From an uncultured Bdellovibrionales bacterium (GTDB lineage Bacteria; Patescibacteriota; Minisyncoccia; Moranbacterales; UBA1568), in assembly GCA_964471075.1 (NCBI GenBank), contig CAYYET010000001.1, forward strand, positions 1 through 25,809: a DNA stretch of 25,809 nt, written 5' to 3'. Below are positions 14,292-20,785 of this stretch, in pieces. Every line of letters starts with the position of its first letter. Within the stretch, counting starts at the first letter, position 1. Made by a program: the position numbers and the translations under genes. The notes under the pieces were generated by a model, which was not told where the DNA came from, made no database searches, and saw nothing but the letters and a program-made list of their open reading frames with translations.

Positions 14292-14957
14292 ATGCGTTTT
14301 GATATTATTTCATTGTTTCCAGAGAGTTTCGAGTCTTATTTCAAGGTTTCTATTTTGAAACGGGCTCAGGAAAAAAACTTGATCGAAATCCATACACATC
14401 AACTGCGTGATTTTGCTCATGACAAGCATAAAACAGTGGATGATACTCCCTATGGTGGGGGAGCCGGCATGGTACTGAAAGTGGAGCCGATTGCCGAAGC
14501 TTTGGAGCATGTAAAGAATCTCGTACCAGAAAAGAATACCCGAACCGTTTTGTTTTCTGCCAAGGGAAAGATTTGTACGGAAGATGATATCAAGCGTTTA
14601 GCTGGGTACGAACGACTCATTCTTCTGTGTGGTCGCTATGAAGGTGTAGATGAACGAGTGGCGGAGCATTTGGTAGATGAGGAGCTGTGTATTGGTGAAT
14701 ATGTGCTGACTGGAGGGGAAATTCCCGCTATGGTAGTGGTAGATGCGGTTTCGCGCTTGGTTCCAGAAGTCCTTGGGAATACCGAGAGTGCGGAAACAGA
14801 GTCGCATAGTGTCTTGGGAGAGGTAGAATATCCGCAGTACACCAAGCCAGAAAGTTTTCAGGGTATGACTGTGCCAGAAGTGCTCCTTTCTGGTCATCAT
14901 GGAGAAATAGAGAAGTGGCGTCAGAATGCTTCTCGAAGAAATCGTCCGGTAGCCTAA
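14292..14957 (+). CDS. trmD: tRNA (guanine37-N1)-methyltransferase
   Basis: VDDTPYGGGAGMVLK, CGRYEGVDER, IGEYVLTGGEIPAM, EYPQYTKP, VPEVLLSGHH. Confidence 0.97.
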   Translation: MRFDIISLFPESFESYFKVSILKRAQEKNLIEIHTHQLRDFAHDKHKTVDDTPYGGGAGMVLKVEPIAEALEHVKNLVPEKNTRTVLFSAKGKICTEDDIKRLAGYERLILLCGRYEGVDERVAEHLVDEELCIGEYVLTGGEIPAMVVVDAVSRLVPEVLGNTESAETESHSVLGEVEYPQYTKPESFQGMTVPEVLLSGHHGEIEKWRQNASRRNRPVA

Positions 14958-14976
14958 AATAAAAAACCTTTGCCTC

Positions 14977-16086
14977 ATGAAAGGATCAGCTCGTCATTTT
15001 GATCGTATACTTTTTTTCACCCTGCTTACCTTGCTCGGTATTGGTCTGATCATGATTGCCAGTGCCGGTGTCGTCTATGGCCGAGTACGTTTTGGTGATG
15101 ACTACTATTTCTTGAAACAGCAACTTTTGGGCTTAGGAGTGGGACTCCTTTTTCTCTATATCTTTCAGAAGATTGATTATCATGTGTGGCAGCGATTTGT
15201 GGTGCCTATTTTTATCTTTGCTTTGGTACTTTTGGTACTGGTTTTTATTCCAGGCTTTGGTACGACGGTGTATGGGGCGGCTCGCTGGGTAGAGCTGGGA
15301 CCACTATCGTTTCAGCCATCCGAGGTGATGAAGTTCGCTATTATCCTGTATCTTTCAGCCTGGCTTTCGAATAAAGGACGGGTGAAAACATCAGATTTTT
15401 TTGAGGGCCTCGTGCCATTCTTGGCCCTGCTTTCTATTGTTGGTTTTCTTATTATCAAGCAGCCTGATACAGGAACGCTGGGTCTTATTTTTCTTATTTC
15501 CATGGCTATCTTTTTTGCTTCCGGTGCGAATATTCTTCATATTCTCTCTTTGTTTGGAGGAGGGTTAGTCTTTCTTTTGATCTTGATTAAAATGGCTCCA
15601 TACCGGATGCAGCGTTTTCTCGTCTTTCTCAATCCAGAGCATGATCCGATGGGCTTTGGCTATCAGATGACTCAGGCACTCTTAGCTTTAGGATCTGGAG
15701 GTATTTTTGGAGTAGGTCTGGGACAGAGTCGGCAGAAGTTTAACTATTTGCCCGAACCGGTTACCGATTCTATTTTTGCTGTATTAGGTGAGGAATTAGG
15801 ACTCCTCGGAGCAGTAGTGGTAGTAGGACTCTTCCTTTTCTTGGCCTGGCGCGGTATTCGAGTAGCGCTGCGGGCTCCTGATGAATTTGGTCGGCTTCTT
15901 TCAGTGGGTATTGTTTCCTGGATTGTCTTTCAAGCGTTTATTAATATCTCTGCTATTACGGGCCTGATCCCACTTACTGGAATTCCGCTACCATTTATTA
16001 GCTATGGAGGCACCTCTCTAGCAGTACTCTTGGGTGCCTTTGGAATATTGCTTAATGTCAGTAAACACTCTACACTAAAGGTATAA
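14977..16086 (+). CDS. ftsW: SEDS peptidoglycan polymerase FtsW
   Basis: GAARW, SFQPSE.MK, QPDTGT, GYQ..Q...A..SGG..G.G.GQS.QK..YLPE..TD, TGIPLPFISYGGTS; adjacent to murG. Confidence 0.93.
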   Translation: MKGSARHFDRILFFTLLTLLGIGLIMIASAGVVYGRVRFGDDYYFLKQQLLGLGVGLLFLYIFQKIDYHVWQRFVVPIFIFALVLLVLVFIPGFGTTVYGAARWVELGPLSFQPSEVMKFAIILYLSAWLSNKGRVKTSDFFEGLVPFLALLSIVGFLIIKQPDTGTLGLIFLISMAIFFASGANILHILSLFGGGLVFLLILIKMAPYRMQRFLVFLNPEHDPMGFGYQMTQALLALGSGGIFGVGLGQSRQKFNYLPEPVTDSIFAVLGEELGLLGAVVVVGLFLFLAWRGIRVALRAPDEFGRLLSVGIVSWIVFQAFINISAITGLIPLTGIPLPFISYGGTSLAVLLGAFGILLNVSKHSTLKV

Positions 16087-16098
16087 AAAAGCTTTATT

Positions 16099-17223
16099 AT
16101 GGCCTCTCTTCCTCGTGTGGTACTCTCGGGTGGTGTTTCTGGCGGACATACGTTTCCGCTCATTGCGGTAGCGCGTGCCTTGAAGCAGCAATTTCCTGAA
16201 GGGATAGAATTTCTCTTCATTGGCTCAAAAGGCCAGTTTGAAAGTGAAGCTATGGCTGCCGAAGGTATTTCGGCTCAGTATGTTTTGACGGGAAAACTGC
16301 GTCGCTATTTTTCATGGAAAAATTTTGTTGATCCTTTCAAGGTACCTATTGGCATTATTCAGTCTTTGTGGAAACTCTTCATCTTTATGCCGGATGCGGT
16401 CTTTGCCAAGGGTGGATCAGCTTCTGTACCCGTAGTCATTGCTGCCTGGATCTATCGAATTCCGGTAGTGCTTCATGATTCTGATGCGGTTGCTGGCCGA
16501 GCCAATCGCTTTCTTTCTCGTTTTGCCAGTCGTATTGCTATTGCCTATCCGAGTGCACGCGCTTATTTTCCAGAGGAAATCACAGCCCTGACAGGTAATC
16601 CAGTACGCGAAGAATTGCTCCGAGGTGAAGCAAGTCGTGGAGCAGCGGCTTTAGGTCTGTCCACGGAAAAACCTACTCTTTTAGTGTTGGGAGGAAGTCA
16701 AGGAGCAGTAGCGTTGAATGAAGCAATTCTTCATATTTTGGGAGAGCTGCTTCAGGCTGGTATTCAGGTAGTGCACCAAACCGGACGAGAAAATTATCAA
16801 GATATCATGACTTTGGTTCAGGAAAACGGTATTACTCCTGGAACGAGTGGCTATGTGCCGAAAGATTTTTTTACTGTTTCAGAATTAGCTGATGTCTTGG
16901 CGTTGGCAAATGTAGTAGTTTCTCGAGCGGGGGCTGGTTCTATTGCCGAACTGGCTGCTACAAAAAAAGCAGTTATCCTTGTCCCTTTGGCGAGCGCAGC
17001 CAATGATGAACAACGATTGAATGCCTACGATATTGCCAAAATTGGGGGAGCGATCGTTATTGAAGAACCGAATCTCGGAGATCATATCCTTCTTCAGAAG
17101 ATTCAAGAGCTTTTGGGAGATCAAAACTTACGTCAGGCTATGGGTGAGCGTATTGCTCAATTTCATCATGCTGATGCAGCTCTAGCTATTGCGACAGGTA
17201 TTCGTACGGTTATGAAGCGTTAG
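16099..17223 (+). CDS. murG: Undecaprenyl-PP-MurNAc-pentapeptide GlcNAc transferase
   Basis: SGGVSGGHTFP, KGGSASVP, TGNPVR, LGGSQGA, SRAGAGSIAE, VP...A.NDEQ..NA. Confidence 0.95.
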   Translation: MASLPRVVLSGGVSGGHTFPLIAVARALKQQFPEGIEFLFIGSKGQFESEAMAAEGISAQYVLTGKLRRYFSWKNFVDPFKVPIGIIQSLWKLFIFMPDAVFAKGGSASVPVVIAAWIYRIPVVLHDSDAVAGRANRFLSRFASRIAIAYPSARAYFPEEITALTGNPVREELLRGEASRGAAALGLSTEKPTLLVLGGSQGAVALNEAILHILGELLQAGIQVVHQTGRENYQDIMTLVQENGITPGTSGYVPKDFFTVSELADVLALANVVVSRAGAGSIAELAATKKAVILVPLASAANDEQRLNAYDIAKIGGAIVIEEPNLGDHILLQKIQELLGDQNLRQAMGERIAQFHHADAALAIATGIRTVMKR

Positions 17224-17224
17224 T

Positions 17225-18646
17225 ATGGCTACTCCTAGGATACAGTTGTCACGGTTTAAAAAAATTCATCTGATTGGAATCAAGGGGGCTGGCATGACGG
17301 CTTTAGCAGAGCTTTTGTTACGTCAAGGAGCTCATATTACGGGTTCTGATACTGAGGAAGTATTCTTCACGGATGCTATTTTGAAGAAGCTAAAAATTTC
17401 TGTCCGCACTCCTTTTCAGGAAAAAAATATCCCAAAAGATGTAGAGGTGTGTATTTATTCCACTGCCTATACTCCAGAAAAAAATGAAGAATTGCGAGCT
17501 GCTTTTGAAAAAGGGGTTCCAGTACTCAGTTATCCAGAGGCTCTGGGACTTCTCACTCAAGAGAAAATGACTTTAGCCGTCTGTGGTACGCATGGCAAGA
17601 CTACAACGAGTGCTTTGCTGGCTGATACCCTGAAATCTTGTGGAAAAGATCCACAAGCTGTAGTAGGAAGTAAAATATTAAGCTGGGGTGGGAATGCTCT
17701 TGCTGGAAGAGGGGAGTACCTGGTTATTGAAGCGGATGAGTATCAGAACAAGCTCGCTCTGTATGAGCCGTTTGCTGTCATTCTTACCAGTGTTGATTGG
17801 GATCATCCAGATTTCTTTCCTGATAAAGAAAGCTACATCCGGGTTTTTGAAGATTTTGTAGCTCGGATTCCGGCTCATGGAGTACTAGTGTACTGTGCTG
17901 ATTCGGCCGATGTAGTACGGGTAGCGAGTCGGGCTCGTTGCCGTAAGATTTCTTATGGAACGTTGCCAGAAGCGGATTTTCAGGTGGTAGAGTATCAGCC
18001 AGAAAAGATGGGTTTCGTAGGGGAAAAAGAAGTGTTCCGCCAGTCTTTTTCTGTCAGGCATGAAGGAACATTGATTGATACCTATCGTTTAAAACTGGCT
18101 GGAGTGCACAATGCTCTCAATGCTACGGCTGTTTTGGCACTTCTGAAGACTCTCGGAGAAGAAGGGCAAGGTATTCGTAAGGCTTTCGAAGTCTTTTCAG
18201 GAACAGAGCGCCGTTTTGAATATATTGGTGAAAGATACGGAGCGCTTCTCTATGATGACTATGCCCATCATCCTGAAGAAATTCGCGTCACCCTTCAAGC
18301 GTTTCGTGATCTTTATCCAGAGAAAAAACTTTCAGTTATTTTTCACCCCCATACCTTTACTCGCACCAAGGCGCTCCTGACTGATTTTGCTCAGAGTTTT
18401 GATTTGGTAGATCGCGTTATGATTTTAAATATTTATGGTAGTGCCCGAGAGGTACAAGGAGGAGTTACTTCGCAAGATTTGGTTGATTTGATTAATCGTT
18501 TCTTTCCCGGAAAAGCAGAAGCAGTCACGAATGAAAAATTATTACTTGAAGACCTGGAGAAGACAATGGGTCGCCAAGATGTTATCATTACCTTAGGAGC
18601 TGGTAATGTGTGGGAACTTTCTCACGCGTTAGTAAAACACACATAG
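17225..18646 (+). CDS. murC: UDP-N-acetylmuramate--L-alanine ligase
   Basis: IHLIGIKGAGM, GTHGKTTT, EADE, DHPD, DDYAHHPEEI, FHPHTFTRT, TLGAGNV. Confidence 0.93.
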   Translation: MATPRIQLSRFKKIHLIGIKGAGMTALAELLLRQGAHITGSDTEEVFFTDAILKKLKISVRTPFQEKNIPKDVEVCIYSTAYTPEKNEELRAAFEKGVPVLSYPEALGLLTQEKMTLAVCGTHGKTTTSALLADTLKSCGKDPQAVVGSKILSWGGNALAGRGEYLVIEADEYQNKLALYEPFAVILTSVDWDHPDFFPDKESYIRVFEDFVARIPAHGVLVYCADSADVVRVASRARCRKISYGTLPEADFQVVEYQPEKMGFVGEKEVFRQSFSVRHEGTLIDTYRLKLAGVHNALNATAVLALLKTLGEEGQGIRKAFEVFSGTERRFEYIGERYGALLYDDYAHHPEEIRVTLQAFRDLYPEKKLSVIFHPHTFTRTKALLTDFAQSFDLVDRVMILNIYGSAREVQGGVTSQDLVDLINRFFPGKAEAVTNEKLLLEDLEKTMGRQDVIITLGAGNVWELSHALVKHT

Positions 18647-18675
18647 CTTCATCTTCAAAACAAAAATTATTCTCT

Positions 18676-19605
18676 ATGTTTGCTCTTCGAGAAAACATTT
18701 CTTTGGCACCCTTTACTACTTTTCGTATTGGTGGGGTGGCGCGCTATTACGCTGAAGTTTCAAGTGCGATTGAAATTGCTGAGGTCTTTGAATATGCCGA
18801 GAAACATGGTTTGCCACTGTACGTTTTAGGAGGGGGGAGTAATGTTTTGTTTTCTGATAAAGGCTTCCCTGGCATAGTCATGCGTATTGTCGATGGCGGT
18901 ATTCAGGTCACTCATCAAAAGGTTACTGCTTCTGCGGGCGTGCCACTGTTTGATGTGGTTCGTAAAGCACAAGATGCTGAATTAGAAGGCATTGAGAAAC
19001 TTGCGGGTATTCCTGGATCCTTTGGTGGAGCGGTCCGAGGCAATGCGGGCGCTTTTGGTACAGAGATTGGAGATGTTATTGTTTCTGTGAAGGCACTGGA
19101 TCGTCATACGGGTATGGTACGAGAATATCGTCAAGCAGAATGTGAGTTTAGTTATCGGAGCAGTCTCTTTAAGAAAAATCCAGATCTAGTTATTCTTTCG
19201 GCTGAATTGAAGCTCCTTCCGAGTGAAGGAGGAATGTTGGCGCGAGTGATTAAGGAAACAGTCGCGGCTCGTGAGGCTAAGCATCCGCAAGATGCTCAAT
19301 GCGCCGGTTCCTTTTTTATGAATCCAGTAGTAAAAGACAAGAAACTACTTGAAGAATTTGAAAAAGATAATGGGGTGCCAGCGAGAGAAGGAAAGTTGCC
19401 AGCTGGATGGCTCATCGATCACGTCGGTCTTCGAGGGAAAAAGATTGGTGGTGCTATGGTCAGTATGAAACATCCCAATTACCTCTTAAATACGGGTACG
19501 GCTACGGCTGAAGATATTGTGACGCTGGCTAGTCTTATTAAGATGCGCGTGCGTGATGAACTACGAGTCCAACTCAAAGAAGAAGTACAGTATGTCGGGT
19601 TTTGA
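18676..19605 (+). CDS. murB: UDP-N-acetylenolpyruvoylglucosamine reductase
   Basis: TTFRIGG, LGGGSNVL, GIPGSFGGAVRGNAGAFG, FSYRSS, AGSFFMNP. ATG 18676 is preferred to the track's GTG 18610, which overlaps murC. Confidence 0.95.
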   Translation: MFALRENISLAPFTTFRIGGVARYYAEVSSAIEIAEVFEYAEKHGLPLYVLGGGSNVLFSDKGFPGIVMRIVDGGIQVTHQKVTASAGVPLFDVVRKAQDAELEGIEKLAGIPGSFGGAVRGNAGAFGTEIGDVIVSVKALDRHTGMVREYRQAECEFSYRSSLFKKNPDLVILSAELKLLPSEGGMLARVIKETVAAREAKHPQDAQCAGSFFMNPVVKDKKLLEEFEKDNGVPAREGKLPAGWLIDHVGLRGKKIGGAMVSMKHPNYLLNTGTATAEDIVTLASLIKMRVRDELRVQLKEEVQYVGF

Positions 19606-19644
19606 TGGCTTGACAATTCTTTCTGAAAGGCGAGTTTTCGGGTG

Positions 19645-19720
19645 TATAATAGGGATGTGAAAACACAAAAACAAGATAAGAATAGTTGGTGAGGCGGGCT
19701 AGTTTCCCGTCTTTTTGTTT
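19645..19720 (+). promoter_or_regulatory. Putative -10 box followed by a leader terminator (attenuator or short RNA)
   Basis: TATAAT (19645-19650). AGGCGGG/CCCGTCT hairpin (19692-19712) with TTTTGTTT upstream of the ORF start. Confidence 0.5.
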
Positions 19721-19743
19721 GGTTCTTTCGTATGGAGGTCAAC

Positions 19744-20016
19744 ATGGCGAGGGCGGTGCAATCTCGATGCCCTCATTGTGGAGGGCCTTATGATCCGAGA
19801 GATGGATATCCGGATCTGTACGGAGTTCGACTATGCTCACCAGGCTGTCAGGAGGAATGGCTTATCTTCTATCAGTACTGGAGCTCGCTGCCTGATGAGT
19901 CACTGCCTCAAATGGCGGATAGTACTTCGAGCCGTCAGATGGGGGATCGGACCAGGTCTCAGGGTCAACTCGGGGATCCTTCTCGTTGGGAAGATCCTGG
20001 GAAGCAAATGGAATAA
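19744..20016 (+). CDS. Small Cys4 metal-binding hypothetical protein (CPHC...CSPGC), 90 aa
   Basis: SD GGAGGT (19734-19739) then ATG 19744. CxxC-x18-CSxxC spacing resembles TRASH/treble-clef fingers. Confidence 0.65.
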   Translation: MARAVQSRCPHCGGPYDPRDGYPDLYGVRLCSPGCQEEWLIFYQYWSSLPDESLPQMADSTSSRQMGDRTRSQGQLGDPSRWEDPGKQME

Positions 20017-20027
20017 CTCCAGAGTAT

Positions 20028-20066
20028 GATGGGTGGCTGAGATTGCTCGGCCATCCATTTTCTTTT
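20028..20066 (+). terminator. Intrinsic terminator
   Basis: ATGGGTGGCTGA-gattgc-TCGGCCATCCAT followed by TTTCTTTT. Confidence 0.85.
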
Positions 20067-20067
20067 A

Positions 20068-20076
20068 TGCTATACT
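20068..20076 (+). promoter_or_regulatory. Extended -10 promoter, probably leaderless
   Basis: TGC-TATACT. The ATG begins 7 nt after the -10 hexamer. Confidence 0.55.
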
Positions 20077-20082
20077 GAGCTT

Positions 20083-20280
20083 ATGGAACAAGAAATTCTT
20101 CAAAAACTGGCTGTCCAGGAAGAAAAACTGGACCGAATTTATACCTCAGTAGAAAAAACGAGAAAATATTTTCTCTGGACGCTCATTGCGACACTGGTAA
20201 CGTTCTTTTTGCCGCTTATTGGCTTGGCGTTTGCTATACCTTTTTTTCTCCAAACACTTTCCAATACTCTCAACGTATAG
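20083..20280 (+). CDS. Small membrane protein (coiled N-terminus + hydrophobic hairpin), 65 aa
   Basis: EEKLDRIYTSVEKTRKYFLW...LPLIGL.F.IP pattern. It resembles a small family recalled from Parcubacteria genomes (from memory, not searched). Confidence 0.75.
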   Translation: MEQEILQKLAVQEEKLDRIYTSVEKTRKYFLWTLIATLVTFFLPLIGLAFAIPFFLQTLSNTLNV

Positions 20281-20292
20281 TTTGTGCCAGTG

Positions 20293-20301
20293 TGGTATAC
20301 T
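20293..20301 (+). promoter_or_regulatory. Extended -10 promoter of hpf
   Basis: TGG-TATACT, 34 nt upstream of the ATG. Confidence 0.5.
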
Positions 20302-20335
20302 GAGAGCAGGAATAATTCCTTAACGTAAGAATGCT

Positions 20336-20686
20336 ATGAATGCACGCTTCTTATTCAAGGGAGTAGAATCAGATGATCGGACGAAAGAATACATTTTAAA
20401 ACGAATGGAGCGGATCGCAAAGTTGCTTGATCCCGTTACCGAACTTGAAGTAGAAGTAGAGCAAGACAAAAAAGGAAAATTCAGAGTAGAAATTATGGCA
20501 AAGACGCCTCATAATCTCTACCGCGCAGAGGAAACAACACAGAGCATTGAGGGTTCCACTGATATTGTTATTGATGAGTTGGAAATCCAGATTGATAAAC
20601 GTAAGAATCGCAATCGTGATCTCAAGCTTCGGGGTAGCCGTTCTATAAAGAAAAAACTTATTTTTGATAAAGCCTCTCGTTTTTAG
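20336..20686 (+). CDS. hpf: Ribosome hibernation promoting factor / RaiA (S30AE family, short form)
   Basis: Size and fold pattern (KEYILKRMERIAKLL, FRVEI, YRAEE....IEGS.D.V.DELEIQI.K.K); position upstream of secA. Confidence 0.8.
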   Translation: MNARFLFKGVESDDRTKEYILKRMERIAKLLDPVTELEVEVEQDKKGKFRVEIMAKTPHNLYRAEETTQSIEGSTDIVIDELEIQIDKRKNRNRDLKLRGSRSIKKKLIFDKASRF

Positions 20687-20699
20687 GCTTTAATAAAGC

Positions 20700-20732
20700 A
20701 AAATCTCGTCATTTCGGACGGGATTTTCTTTT
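20700..20732 (+). terminator. Intrinsic terminator of hpf
   Basis: AAAATCTCGTC-atttcg-GACGGGATTTT-CTTTT. The tail overlaps the secA -35. Confidence 0.7.
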
Positions 20733-20759
20733 GACGGGACAAGGTCATTCTGGTAGAAT
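20731..20759 (+). promoter_or_regulatory. Sigma70 promoter of secA
   Basis: TTGACG (20731-20736)-N17-TAGAAT (20754-20759) with TGn. Confidence 0.8.
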
Positions 20760-20785
20760 ACAAGAACGTTATTGATGTTTTTACT

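Noticed and set aside
19610-19650. TTGACA (19610-19615) as the -35 for TATAAT (19645)
   Set aside because: The spacing is 29 bp, incompatible with sigma70. A weak antisense reading (TTGTCA-N18-TACTGT into murB) is too poor to call.
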